Part shown: positions 13,036 through 27,210 of the stretch, piece after piece
Layout: the number at the start of each line of letters is the position of its first letter
Numbering within the stretch: position 1 is the first letter of the stretch
Source: Camelus dromedarius
Lineage: Eukaryota
Length of the DNA: 64,000 nucleotides
Reading direction: 5' to 3'
Assembly: GCF_036321535.1 (NCBI RefSeq)
Contig: NC_087437.1
Span: forward strand, 82,028,001-82,092,000
Translations under genes and position numbers: made by a program
Notes under the pieces: model-generated
The model's database searches: none
What the model saw: the letters and a program-made list of their open reading frames with translations, nothing else
What the model was told of the DNA's origin: nothing

Positions 13036-16000
13036 GTAAGCCCGGGAGAGCCGCTCTGCTCCAGCAAGGGGATTGCTGTCAGAGAGCCAGGCAGTCTGTA
13101 GGTGGCTTTTAAAGTTATCAGCATCACGAACTGCAAACAGGTTTCGAAAAGCGCGTCCAATGAACTCTAGGTTCAAAATCTTTTCCAACTCACACAAAAC
13201 TTGTTTTCTCCGAGGGAGAAAACAGATTTGGGATTTAGTTTTAAAATGTAGAGAGGTGGAGGATGACTATATATTACCCACGCTTTCCAAGTAAGCGACA
13301 CACTGTATCCTGCCGGTATTGAGAAATCTTTGGGGAAAGGGTGGGGGAAAATATTGTAATACAACAACTCTATCTCCTGATCTTCTTTCTCCTGAGACTC
13401 AAACTCCTTTAAGTCTTAGAAGAGTGTGAAACACTACCACATGGTAGTAGATCTGTTTCTCACCCAATGCCCTCCCCCTTTTATAAATCTTCACATAAAA
13501 GATTAGAAAACCCCTGTTAGGAATACATCTTGTAATTAGGATAAATCTAATTGAAAAAGTAAAGTACTTCTGAAGCTTCAAAAAAAAAAATCCTACAAAT
13601 GTTATTCTACCTTAAAAGCAAATGTCAATTAGTATAAGGAAGTAACTATCACAGTTTTGTTCTAGCTTTTTACTTCAACTCCAGTCAATGGATAAATGAC
13701 AAACGGCACTGAAAATTGAAGATAAAGCTGGTGTCTCTGAAGTAATATGTTGAACAATAGTTTATTTCATAGAAGTACTAACTTAAAAGGGTAAATCCTA
13801 TAGAAGATTTTTGTTCATCAGTGGCATTTTGAACCAAAAATGAGTTATACCTAAACCCTAAACAGATTATTGGCAGATGCCGAAAAATTTACATATTTTA
13901 CTTTATTTTTCAGAATAAAAATCAGCAGAGGAATTAAAAATAAAATATGCTATGTCAAATTTAAAACACTGGAATAGGAGATAAAAAATGATTTATCATT
14001 CAAACTTTATTTGGTCTGAACATATGTTATAAAACAAAACTTAAGAAATGTGTGAAGTAATTATTTCCCTTTTTAAATAGTCTCTATGTTTTGCTTATCA
14101 TTTAAAACAACACTTTTTTAGCTGCTCAAAATTCAGAACGTATCTATATTTCTAGTAATTCCTGTGGTAGAGTTTAATTTTAAAGTATATAACATTGGTG
14201 CCTTCGATTTTTGCTTCAGAGGAATTTTGTTTTGTTTGCTAATTTTGTTTGGAGCAATGCAAAGCTTTGGTTTTAGTGTTCTAAAAGAAATATGATGTTA
14301 CTTGGCCTAAAGACAGGCCTTATAAACTGCAGGTTAGTACTGAGAAGTAGGATTTCCTCAAAACAATTATTTCAAATCTAGGGACGCCTACCATAATGAG
14401 AAGAGAGACAGGGGGAAACACCCAGGTTATGGTGGGGAAGTACGGAGTATGCAGTAGAAAACTTGTTTATTTGATAGAGGCTGTAATTGGAAACTGAAAA
14501 ATTCCTGCCTTGGGAAAAAGGTATCCCACTCTTTTGAATCTAATAGAGGAAGAGGGAAACAGAAACCATCAATTATTGTTTCAGCTATACCCAAAGTACC
14601 TTCTGTACCATAAACTATAGCTCAACTGTTGAAAATCATAACCTCTATCAAAGCTCTAACAGCTGTTTCCCAGAGTCTGTGTTTTATTTTTTTAAAAAGG
14701 ACAAGCATCAATTTTTTAAAAAAAGTTTAAATGACACACTTCAATATTCCATTTTTTTCCACTTATTAACTTTAAAGCACAGTTCAAAGAACAATCACCT
14801 ATTAAGACTCCTTTTAAAATTGAAAGTTAAAAAAGATTTATCATGGATACATTATCTCACAGTGGGCTCTCTGAGTGAGCATTTCTTAGTCTTTGGGACA
14901 ATCTATATGATGGAAAAAATGTTTTAGATTGAATGAATGTGAATTTTTCCAGCTCCAAATAAGGTATATATTAGTTTTATATTTAATAGATTCATTTATC
15001 TTTCTATAGCAATTAACCTTAACTGCTAAGCACTGGTATTTCTGTGATATTTTCCTAATGCTATGATGGAGTCTATAGTAACAGCCAGGATGAAAATACA
15101 AATCAAGCTTTGAGCTGCTTAATTTTCAAGTCCACTTGCAATTCTCATTAACTTCTTTTCTCAAAAGGCTGTGAATTTTGTTTTTGGGTTCTCTGCTACC
15201 TTTTCCCCTCCAAAAAAGTGCCTTTGGTAATAAACAGATTTTGAGGTAAAAAAGTGAAAATGGGGGAGAGGAAGAATAAAATTCCATTAATTCTTCCTAG
15301 GTTATGTTCTGTCTATATCTAGTGCTTCAGGGTAAAGCAACTGCTTTTACAAGGTGAACAGAGGAGAAAATATACAACCCCCTATTAAGGGGAAAAAGGA
15401 AGAGGGGGCAGGAAGAGAACTGTTTATAAAAGACTGGATGTTTTGAAGTAATAATCAGGGGGTGTAAAGCAATATTGGTCTCAACCTACTTTAGGAATGG
15501 AATCTGTTGTCCACATAGGCAGTCATTATTTTTGAAAAATCTAACAAACTTTATCCTCTTGGGCATATCATTAATTTTAAATGATTTTTAGAGTTTTTAA
15601 TTTAATTTTTATTTGACTATGCATTTAGCTTCAATATAAGCTGATTGATTAGTTTCTATAAATTATGTTTAAATAAGGATTTAAAGATGAAAAGACACTG
15701 CATATGCAGCCAGCATCACAAACTTTCAAAGAAATATTTCTATGGCTGCCTCTGCCATCACTAGTCAGTGTTTAAGGGCCACCAACCTAATCACTTATGT
15801 TTAATGTGTTGCTGCAAAGACTTTCAGAAACTCCTCTGGCCAGTGAGTTTCTACGTTGTGGTAGGTGCACTAATTCCTAGCTGATCGTCACCAACACTGT
15901 TGTGAGCCCTCCTACATCCTTTTTTCTTAAAAACAGAGTTGAGATTATCTCTTCCTGGCTGCCTTCTGCGCTACCATTACCTCTGACTGGGAAAGCTAGG

Positions 16001-19000
16001 CAAACAAAAGTGGGAAGGCTCTCCAAGGAAAGTCCCTTGGTTCTTTTTCAGATATAAGAGAAGCATTCCATTTTCATGCTTGTTCCATGAGATTCTAATT
16101 TAGTAGATTAGATAGGACAGCAGCAGTTTTAAGTCTGAGCCCAAGAACAGAGAATAACACATTAGCAGTGTTCTTCCTACAGTCTGACCATCCTCACATT
16201 CCTTATGCCCTACTAGTTTTAAAGTAAGATTAACTCTTAAAGATACAATTATTATTTTTTAATGACTGGCTTGGGAAATTATATGTTTGTGCTGGGGGAG
16301 GGGTGTGGAGGTATGCAGAGGAATAGGTAAGTAAGTGTTATCATTGGGACAGGTAGGAGTGCAAACACCTTGTTTCTGTTTATGATTACTACTGATTCTA
16401 GCCTAAAGGACAGTGAGTTATTATGAGTAAAAGGCAGTGTATGTTACGTCAGAATAGCAAACACTCAGTTCCACAGATGGGAGTTTGAGAAGTGCCTTGA
16501 TAAGTTCTTTATGGACAGTGGGATGCTCACTAGGCACAAGACAGTGTAAACACACACAGACACACACACACACACACCTGGCAGGGAATGTGCACAGAAC
16601 TTTATAGAGCTGGAAGAAGCTTTGGAGGGCATCTGATCCAAATGCCTCATTTTGCAGAAGAAACTGATGTCCACAGTGTGACTTACCTCAGAGACCCAGA
16701 GCTACTTAGGAGCAAAGCCAAGGCCCCCTGCATTCTTGGGCTATAGCCTTTGGTTTCTCCTTAAATTAACAGTAGGAAGAGATGAGAACAGAAGCCTCAA
16801 AAGAAGCCTTGGCACTGTAGGTGTTAATTTGGATGTAAAACCCATTAAAAAAAAGAAAGTTGAAAGGTACAAAGTTCTTGTTAGTAAGTATAAGCCGTAA
16901 GAAGGCAAAGAGAAAGGAGGGAGGTGAAAATCAATACAGTTCAACCAGACTGTATCAATGGAAGGAAGGCGATAAAGGGAGGACCAAAAAAAAGCAAATA
17001 ATAAACGTACTTAAAAGTCCTCTGGGTGGCAAAGCTCACTCTCTGCCTAAAAACTGAGAAGTGCCCTGGAAAGAGTGTATGCTCTATAGTCAAAACCATG
17101 TAGGTCTAAACCACTAACTTGATAAGTGATCTGTGTCTTCCAAATAAGCATTATACCTCCCCAGCTAGCAAGTTCCCTTTCAAAACTCAGTGACTCAGTG
17201 CCTTTAAAACAACCTTCCCAAGAACTACAGAGGAAGTCACTAATGAGTTCTCTGAGCTCCTGGTGATACTTACTTGCCTTACTTTCCTTCACACCATACA
17301 TTACTACATGCCATTAAGTTACACATTAACTGCTTATTTGTTTATTGTCTATCTCCTGTACTAGAAACTCCTTGAGGGTCAGTTTTGCAACCAACTTTAT
17401 CCCTAACTCCTAGAAAAGTACATAGCTTCAGTTAGTAGGTATGTCACTGGGCCAATAAGTGTGTTGGATAAATATATGAACAAATTACAACCTAGAAACT
17501 TATTTGGTAAGAAAAGAGTATTTCCAGAAATAGTGGCCTAGGAAGGGCCTCCTCTTCGAGATTTTGTTTAGGAGACCAAAACAAATCTCTACCACTATTT
17601 TTAAAAACCATGTAGAATTGACTTATAAACACAAAAACCAGAAAACAAATTACACTCATATGAAGTCAAGGCAGTGAACTCTTTCACTGTACAGTATGTG
17701 TAGGCAGACGTCAAGTCAGATGCTTCTGTTTGCCCATCTCCACCTACCTCACTTTAACTTCCTCCTCAAAATAATGAGAATAAAGATGGTGAAACAGTAC
17801 CAGGTGAACTGCCCAGGGGCATGGAATAGAGGAGAAGCAAAATATGAACGAGCAGAGTGTAGTGCTTTTGTCCTTAATGAAGGGCATTACTCTGTTTTTC
17901 CCTAAGCTCTGTGCCTCAGCTGAAGGCCTGGAAGTTGCTGTCACGGGGCCCAGTTTGTCCCTACAGAAATTAGAAATCAGCAGATTGCCTTTTCCCAGCA
18001 TACATTTTGATTACAAAGTTTCTGTGGTAGTCCAACCCATCTGCCAGGTTTTACAGAAAAGGAATGATTTTTCTATAGTTTCAAAGTTAGGGATTGCCAG
18101 TGTCAACCTGTGAAGTCAGCCTAGAGCTCATAGCTCCTCATCAACACCGGACATGTACTGAGTGTCTACTGGGCTCTGTGCTAAGCACAAGGGAGGACAA
18201 CAGGCCCAGCAAATAAGCTCCCCACACACCACACTGTGTCACTAACCAGCTACACCTATTGTGTGGATGACAAGGACAAAACTCATCAGCGGCTCTTACA
18301 CAGTGATTTTAATCACTGTCCTGTCCCTGCTTTTTTCTAATGAATTGATAAACCAGTGTAGATAAGACAGATCAGCTATACATAAAAATTAACTAAAGAC
18401 AAACAATGTGGGACTTTTTTAAAAAAAATACAAAACAGAATGTAGTCAATTTCCAAGCTTGTTTACTAGTGACACTAAATTGTCATGGACAAATAGTGTT
18501 ATCTCAATGGTAAGACTAAGAGTAGGAATAAGGGTTCATAAATCAAGTTCTACTCTTCTTCGCTCTGCCTTCCATTCACTGGGTAAGTCTCCTGTAGCCT
18601 TGGCTTCCATAAACCTAAAAAAAAAGGAAACAGTATCATCCACCATAAGTATCTCTCAATACTCGGTATGGACAGAATAGTGAGCAGCAACCCCTGAGGG
18701 AACTCTGATCAAGTAGAGCCAAAGACTATACAAAAATACAAGCTACTGATCATATCATTACAGAGACAAATCACCTAAAGAAAATGGAAGAATGTGAGGG
18801 GAGAAGCCCACTCTTAAGCCAGAGGCAAAATTAACATAACTTTATCCTTGAGCCTGTGAGAACTCCAAATCATCCTACCAAGAACAGCCTCAAAGATGAG
18901 GTCAGTGCTTCAAGATGGGCAGCTCTGACAGGAGCAAACCTGCCAGATTTATCATATTTCATGGCCCACCAGTCTTGGAATAAAAGTTTAAAGGTGAACG

Positions 19001-22000
19001 AAGTTTTTTTTCTCTTTTTAAAATTCCTTTTTAAGTGAATCAAAACAAAAACAACTCTGAGCAGAAATCATAAGAGAAATGTAAAACATTCATCATATTT
19101 GGGCTAACAAAACTTAAGTGACTGCTGCTGTCACATTTAAAGAAAAGGAAGGAGCTGTTTGGCCCAAGAATTTGAGGAGAGCCTGAGAAAGTTCCTTCTT
19201 GCTGAAGACAAAGGGCCTGCCTGCAGTGAGATGCTGTGCAAGTCCCTTAGCCTTGGCTCATTAGTCAGTTAATTGGGAATGCCAGAGGAGGTGAATCACT
19301 CTGTGGAGTTCTGTGAAAAGTAGTCATGTGCTGCTAAAGACAAGATTATCTGTTCTTTAAAATAAATTCATTTGTTATCAAGATAATTAAACACTCATTT
19401 TATTAAAAGAAATACATTATGTTTGAGGTTCCATATTATCCTTCAGACTTTCATACAACCTACTCATATGGGGCACACAGAGATCTTTCAGATAACGATA
19501 ACAACTTTAAGAAAGGTGGGTTCTACTCATCTCCCCTAAAATTATACCTCATAAGAATCTTCTTACAGTCTCATAAAATTCATTGGGCTGAACAAAGATG
19601 GAAAGAATCACAGGCCATTCATTCAATGAATGGTTTTCCCTCCTCCAAAATGACATGAACAAGAGGAACAAAACTCTACTTCTTCTTCTGCTCTAATAAT
19701 AAGAGTAAATTCTGAGAACTTTAGGCATCATTCAGCCTAAGACGGATAGTTATGCCCTGCTAAGAAATGGTTCTTCTCACCTCTCAATCATTTGCTCATC
19801 AAGTCTGTACTGAGTTCAAACCCATGTGGAAGATACAGAGGTACTGAATTCTTTAAGGAGCTTACAGTTAGTTCAAGAGCAAAACTAATATAACATAAAT
19901 TAGAAAGTGGTATAAAACAATACAGAGTATTATGTCACAAAACTGTAAGAGCTGTGGGAATCTAGAAAAGGGGAAACAGCCAGGGTAAAACAAGTTAGGG
20001 GACAGTCATGGAAAAAATGGGAACTGAAATGTAAATGTAACTATAGATTCCCCCAAAAAAGGATAACAGATTTATTCCTTGGAAGTCTGCTGTGAAAAGG
20101 GAATCTAAGGTTAAAAGAGAAAGAAGACTTGACCCGGCATCAGAACACCTGAAGTTTGATTTTAAATCCATTGCTTGGCCTTTAGAACGACCTGGATTTC
20201 CATAGTGATTTCAATCCTTAAAGTAAAGATTAAAAATGATGATAAAGCAACTAACTGGCACAATGCCAGACCCACAGGAGACACTCAGTAAATCATATCT
20301 ATTACTCTTCTAGATATTATGCCAGTTTACCCAGAAGAATGGTGCTCCATCATCATCTGGTGCTATAGGGTTCCACCAGGCTGAGGCACAAACGGTTGTC
20401 TCAGGGCCAGAGGAGATGTTTTGTAGGATGCAGTCCTGAAGAACTCATTTTCTCTTAACCCAGCCATAAAAGTGAAGTAAAGCATTAGCTTGTTGGAGAA
20501 AATCCATGTCTCTAGTGTCTAACCTCAGCTACTCTGAAAGTGAATTTAGCCTTTATCTTCATTTCCCTGCTAGAGGGGAATACTTCCTATGAGAAACCCA
20601 CATGAGCTTTCCTAATTAAGTCTTAGTCACCTGAAATAAAACACTAGTTACTAAGTAAGGGACTAAAGAGAGCAATAGGCTTAAAAGCTAGCCTGGAATC
20701 TCCCTGTTTTACCCTTACAGTCCTACCATGCTGGAGAGGCACACACAGGAAACAAATAGGTAAAACAATCTTTTATTACAGGTTAAATAGCTTATATCAG
20801 ATCCTAGCCATAGACAATAAAGATTCCCTTTCAGAAACTAATAGTCTAAATACTTCTTCCTAGGTGTTCATTTTTCAGTGTAATTGTACTTTCATTTTGG
20901 CATAACATTTTAAGTGTCAGGCACTAAAAAATTTACTTCTTTACTTTAATAGCCACTTATGACCTTGAACTACAACAAATGCTTGACATACAAAGAACCA
21001 AAAATAAATCTGAATCCCATGAAATTCCAATTAAGGTTCCCATATAGTTATGAACCATTGAGACTTGATGAGTCATAAAATATCTTCTGACAGAATGGAA
21101 TATACATTTTTGACATATGAATTTGTACACAGTGCTGCATAGGAAAGAAGGGAGGAAAGGACTTGAAAGGTTGTTGGTGGTTTTTACTCTGGAACTGAGA
21201 TTTGAAGATCATTACAGGCTTTGTAAAAGAGACAAAATTATATCGCTTGCCCCATGTTGCAGCTGAGGTAACAGTTAGATGAAGCAAGGTCACAGAGTTA
21301 AGTTAATAGCAGATTTTGCTCCAACATTCCCTGTCTATTAGATATGTGGCTCCTCTGAAAGTGGCTTTTCTGTTTGAGAATTGTTGGGTTATGCTTTTTT
21401 TCCTCGTTTTCATCTGTGAATGAATGAACTTTAAAAATGAGGGATAGTAAAGTCAGTGCGTTTTTCTTAAAAACACTTTTTTCAACTACTGCAAACCTGA
21501 AATAGTTTGCCCTCCCTTAAAATTCAAATTTTAAAATGATATAAAATTCAAAGGTAAGATATGGCCAGGTCAAAACATGGTCCAAAAATGGATGGGTATT
21601 CATATAGCACATATAAAAGGTATACTACAGCCTTTTCTTTAATTCTGCCACAAACAGAATTTCTTACAGAGATAAACACAACTAAATGGCTGAAACTTTG
21701 CTCAGGGACAAAACCAGCTGCAGACAGACCCAGGGCCTAGAAAAGTTGAGTTTCAAGTCACTGCTCTTACCTCTAGCAGGCCTGGCGCAAACCGCTGTAA
21801 CATCTTAATGGAATTGCCCCTTACTACATAAGATAAATCTCTAGAACACATTCATCTTAAAAGATCCCAACTTAGAGAAAATAGGATCAAATTCTGTGTT
21901 CGTGCTTTCTGTCTTCTCTATGTTCAGAAGTGGCAGAAAAGGAAAATGTAACCCAAATGCTCTGAACTATTAGGGAAGATTAAACAAGGTTTATATGACC

Positions 22001-23854
22001 AAAATAATTTTAATTTTTACAGTGCATACAAGGGGACATGCAAAACACAGACCACAAGAAAAATGGTCACTTACATTCCACAGATTCAAGAATAAAACTC
22101 TCCCACCTTCTGTAAATAAATTATGGCCCAAACTGTAGTTCTCCAAAATGTCATGGAGGTGATAGAAACCAAACACCCTCAGGAACTAGGAAAAGTGAGT
22201 AAGGGTAGACAGAGGATGTTCGCTGTTGTTCATGATCTAATTGTTTGCTCAGCAGGCAGCCAGGGCAAGCATCAACCTTCATCCTCCAATGGCCCTGACC
22301 TCAAGTACTATTTAATGGTATTAAATGTTCCTAGTTCCCTCCCATTTCCCCTTTATTTACTGATTTACTATAGCTAAAATAGAAGGGCGGGGGTGGGGGG
22401 AGGTTGAGGAATTCTCTAGGGATCAAAATGTTTCACATTTTATACTCTTTGGGCCCCTGTCTAGCCTGTTTCTCAAGGCAAACTGTGTGACTTCAGTAGT
22501 CACAATAAAACATAAGTCTCTGTTGTTGTGGTTTCTGAATTTCTGAAGTTTGAATTTCCCACTAATAAGTTAGGAAACGTTTGGTTTCCCAAGCATACCA
22601 TGTTAGCCGCTGCCTCTGTGCAGGCAGCCAGACTACATACAGGGAGGTGAAAACCAGTGAAATGATCCACTCTGGCACATGACTGCTCCCTGCTTTGGCC
22701 TTTTATGTTAAATCGACAAACTGAACACCAGTGAATTAATGTATGAAAGCCAAATAAAAGAGGAAAGCCTTTTTTGAAAAAAAAGGAACTTACAGGAACT
22801 AGGGGCTTAAAAACTTTTTTTTTTTTTTGGCTCATAGTAAGATTTGGAAAAGGATATACTCTTCATAACTTTTTAAGAGGCAGAGAATAAAAGAAAGAAA
22901 AGCAATCTACCAAAGAATAAGTGTTAAGAGAAAGGAATTATACTAATCCTCCAGAATACCTATTTGCAATATCTGAATGAAAATAACCTGTGATCTGGAT
23001 AGAGAAAAAAGGGACAAAGGAGATTAAGAACAAAATTCTGCAGCTACATCAGAGTGTTTTTCTAAAGAATCTATTTCTGTTTTCCACTAAGATACAAAAG
23101 GGATAGCTAAATATAAATGGGTTTTGCCATAAGAGAAATACATAGAAATATTCTTAATAAGATAAAACACAAACTACACACACTTTTAAGGGTATACAGT
23201 ATTATGCCCTTGAAGTCTGTTTGAGAAAAGGCTGCCTGTTAAAAATATTTTCCGAGAACTTTAAGTTCCTTGAAATGTTCTATGAAATGGTATTTATGAC
23301 AAACCCACCTCCTCTAGGGAACATGAGATGTTATTACTGGCAAAGTCACAATTTTTTAAACCATCCAAAAATAATCATGAATTTATGCCAAATGACTAAA
23401 CTTGCTTTATTATTACAATGATTAAGAGAATATTTGCTAATGTCTCATGATCAAGGCTCAAAGTAGCCATGAACCTACAGAAAATACTATGACAGAACAG
23501 TGGAATGCAAGTGGTGGTGATTTTCTGTGCCCTTGACAGACAATTTTACAACTCACAAATTCACTGGAGAGGATGGTACATGAGATATATGAGATAGGAG
23601 GTGTGGATATATGTCATGGTGGTAAGAAACAGGATTTGGAGTAAAAACTACTTGGCATTCTGATTTTGCCAATTATTAGCAGGACCTTTGGCAAATTATT
23701 TAACTTTTCTGGGCCTCAGCTGCTTTTTGTAAAATGAGAACAATAATACTTGCCTCTTATGACTGTTTCCAGGACTAACATGGTTCATGAATATAATAAT
23801 TGCTCAACATGGGTAACTATCATTCACAGACTGTAGAGGAAAGGAACTACTTTA

Positions 23855-24007
23855 CAGCCATCCCTCAGTATCCATGGGGGATTGGTTCCAGGTCCCTCAC
23901 AGATACCAAAATCTGCAGATGCTCAAGTCTCTCATATAAAATGGTGTAGTAGAAGTCGGCCTTTCCTATCTGTGGATTCTGCATCCATGGATACAGAGGG
24001 CCGACTG
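23855..24007. mobile_element. MER2-like Tigger MITE
   Basis: TIRs cagccatccctcagtatccatgg / ccatggatacagagggccgactg; internal ggggattggttccagg...gatgctcaagtc. Confidence 0.85.
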
Positions 24008-24094
24008 CACTATATGTCTATTGCTTACAGTCACACCCTTACTCCCTAACATGGTACCTAGTTCGAAAGTAGAATAGGTATTTGTTCAAATATT

Positions 24095-24205
24095 TCACAA
24101 ATATCTAATGAATACCAATTAAGTACTAGGTACTATTCTTGAGCTAGAAATATAGCACAAATATAACTAGAATAAAACAGACTAGTACTTGACTAGTCAT
24201 TGAAT

Positions 24206-24250
<45 letters not shown>

Positions 24251-24520
24251 CTCCCTACTCACATGAAGTTTACATTCTAGGAGGAGAGACAGCCAATGAT
24301 CAAATAAGTAAAATATAGTATGCCCGATGGTCCTACATGAGCTAAGGGAAAGTCCAGTGGTTCCCCGAGGAGACAGCAAGAACAAAAGCCACAGGCTCTT
24401 GTGTATTCAAGGAACAACAAGGAGGCTGGTATTGCTGGAGCAGACTGAGCAAAGGTAGGGGGGTCAGGGAGCCAAGGGTGTAGGGACACAGAGTACAGGA
24501 ATTAACAAATGAACACTAAA
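24095..24520 (-). mobile_element. L2 3' fragment interrupted by (AC)n
   Basis: caaatatctaatgaatacc...aggtactattcttgagctagaaatatagca; tattcaaggaacaacaaggaggctggtattgctggagcagactgagc. Confidence 0.7.
24209..24246. repeat. (AC)19 microsatellite
   Basis: Perfect dinucleotide run. Confidence 0.97.
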
Positions 24521-26124
24521 AGCATGGGATGGGAGAAGGAGGAAACTCTTTTGAGGTTGGTACTCTCGACTTTCAAGCATGTAGCCTGGTTAAATAGAAA
24601 GAACATATGCTTTAGACTCAGTGAATTTTTATTCTGGTTTGGTAATTTGTGCTGTTTGGTAATTACTTAACCTCTCTAAATTTTATTTTTTTGGTGCCTA
24701 CCCTCATCTGTAAAATAGGAATAATACTTAACCTTATAAGGATTAAGTAAGAACAAGTGGCACAGAGTAGACCCTCAATATGCTTGTTTCTTTCTCACTA
24801 TAAACAAATCCCACACTAGACAGCAACTGGAATTGAATCCTGTGTTCCAGTACCCAGGGCTACCATTACAAAGGCCTTGCATGTTATTTAATGTGCCTAA
24901 GCTTCAGTTTCTCAAATAGGAAAATGCAGATATTATAAAAACAGATGTACATCAATTAAGGTGCTATTATAAAATTATAATCAAATAATATTACTACTTT
25001 AATTTATCTTAATATTAAAAGTTCAAAACAGCAAAAGTATGACTCCCATTCTTCTATGTTACTTCATTTTAAAAATCCTGTAAATTTTAATTTTTCTAGC
25101 ATGAAGTTGTAAAGATTTATTTAGCAGTCATGTTGATTTTTATTTTCTTTTCCTGCCTTGCTTAAGAACATTGATTTAATGGAAAGATCTCTAAGAAAAT
25201 ATTTAACTGCAAAAATCAAGATGATGGGTGAACAATTTTTGTAGTAAGCTATTCTTCATACAAAAAAGGGAGAGATTAAGAATCTTTATTTGCATTTGCT
25301 TGTTTACTCATAAAGTCACTCTAGAAGTACATGTAAGAAACTGGTATCAGTGGTTATAGGCTGGGGAAGAGGACTGGGCAAATGACAGATGAGGTAGGAG
25401 GAAGACACTTCACAGTATACCTTTTAATATACATATTTTGAAATATTTATTATATATTTAGGAATGCTAATCTAAAATCCTAGACTGAAATTCAGACTTG
25501 CTTGAAGAGTTAAAACTGAGCAAAGTAAACTTGGTATAATTACAAAGTTAAGTATACAACAGTATGAAAACCTCAAATAACCTTTCTCATACAATTTGGG
25601 TATCCTTCAACCTGTTACTTTGTATTTTTTTTTCCTGAAATGCTTAAAAAACATTATAAAATATCCTCAGTAATCTTCTCCACATTTTCCACTATGGAAA
25701 CCAAGCCCAGCAGTAGCACATACAGAAAAAGACTGTAGGCTATGCCAAATCAGCCCACCCCACCTCTGAGTCCCCAAGTAGACAAGTCTAGGAGCATTTA
25801 ATCCCAGCAAAGAATGTGCACTGCACACTCACACTCAAGGAAGGAAGAACAGGGGTAAGATGAATAGAACATCAAAGAGGCTTTGGGAAGGTCAGCTATT
25901 AGCATCCTTTGTGATATGCTGGAATTTCACCGGATAATGCACATTCAAAGCATCATTCTCTTCCAGGAAGAAAGAACAGCTGTAGATCTGTGAACAAAAG
26001 AGAAATGGAAATACTGGCTGGTCCCAGATATACTGAGCAGCAGATAATGAAGTAGAGTTATGAATGTTAGAGACAGCTACCACTAATCTAATAGAAGTTT
26101 TCCAAGAAATTAACTATGCCCTAA

Positions 26125-26348
26125 AATGGTGGTTGCAATCAGAGGCGATTTTTTCCCCCACATTTTTTGCAATGTTGGGAGACAATTTTTGGTTGTTCAC
26201 AACTGAGCTGGGGGTCCTGGGTTACTTCTGGTGTTGAGTAGCTAGAGTCTAGGGATACTGCTAAACATCCAACAGTGCACAAGACAGCCCCCATAACAAA
26301 GAATTATTCAGCCCAAAATGTCAATTGGGCCAAGGCTGAGAAACTGGC
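26125..26348 (+). mobile_element. MER20 (hAT-Charlie)
   Basis: ggcgattttttccccc...gggatactgctaaacatccaacagtgcacaagacagcccccataacaaagaattattcagcccaaaatgtcaat...gctgagaaac. Confidence 0.85.
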
Positions 26349-26569
26349 TATAAATGACAAGCAGTATAGCAAACTATGCACATGGCTGAAAAGAACCAGT
26401 CCATCACAGTAAACAGATTATGTGGTCGGGTCTTTCATCCTAGTGTGAATTCTGACTGTCTCTTCCAGGTGCCCCTTACTTTAGACCAGCCCAGTGTGGC
26501 TGAGGTGCTCTTCTGTATTGTAACCATCAGTACAGTTTTCTACATCTAGTGGTAACTGATATGTATAAT

Positions 26570-26785
26570 ACCAACCACTATGCTTTTGTATGGATTGTTT
26601 AACTGAATCCCTGGAAAAACACTATTACGAAGAAGGCTCCAGTATTATCCCCATCCTACATGTGAAGAAAATGAGACTCACAGAGGTTAAATTGCTTCCT
26701 CGGTTATACTAGCTGGAAGTCGGGAAGCCAAGATTCAGTTCTGAAAACTGAACTCCAGAATCTGAATTTCTCCCCCATTACTACC
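26570..26785 (-). mobile_element. MIR SINE
   Basis: tattatccccatcctacatgtgaagaaaatgagactcacagaggttaaattgctt. Confidence 0.8.
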
Positions 26786-27149
26786 CTGTCTCCCACAGTA
26801 TTCAACTGCCTTTTCCCCATTGGTGCCTCAGTGCTGGTGAGCATACTTGCTCCCTGTCAGTTATCCTGCCTGCCCCTTGCCATTCAGTCACCTGCACTGT
26901 TTACTGCTGTCTACTGGTGGGGCAGTAGGGAATGGACAATAGAGAGGACATCAGCCCTATCCTAAAGAAGGCTACCTTAGGGCAAACAAATAAGATACAG
27001 AAGAACAGAGATCTCAAAGAGTACCAAATCAACCACAGAAAAGGTGAGGAAGGAATGGAAAGAATGATTAACAGTGAAAGTGTTAGGAACCTGGGGACGA
27101 GCCCAATATCATCATACCATCATTAACTTAAACATAAAGGCAGCTCTGC

Positions 27150-27210
27150 TGCTGTACACCAGAAACTAACACAACACTGTAAATCAACTAAATGTCAATT
27201 AAAAAAAAAA
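27150..27210 (+). mobile_element. ~60-bp L1 3' tip with poly(A) and 14-bp TSD
   Basis: tgctgtacaccagaaactaacacaacactgtaaatcaacta...(A)n flanked by AAAGGCAGCTCTGC (27136-27149) and AAAGGCGGCTCTGC (27211-27224). Confidence 0.85.

Larger units (their letters stand above)
12660..13070 (+). promoter_or_regulatory. FILIP1L: CpG island / internal FILIP1L promoter
   Basis: The only strongly GC- and CpG-rich stretch in the window. Contains a CArG box, a CRE-like site and GC boxes and ends at a strong 5' splice site. A FILIP1L internal CpG-island promoter is known in human. Confidence 0.9.

Noticed and set aside
12727..13197. 156-aa minus-strand ORF across the CpG island
   Set aside because: Arg/Ala/Gly-rich with no recognisable family; expected in stop-poor GC-rich DNA.
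21582..24741. Additional CArG boxes at 21582 (CCAAAAATGG) and 24732 (CCTTATAAGG)
   Set aside because: Several are expected by chance in 64 kb of AT-rich DNA, and the second lies in a MIR-like remnant.
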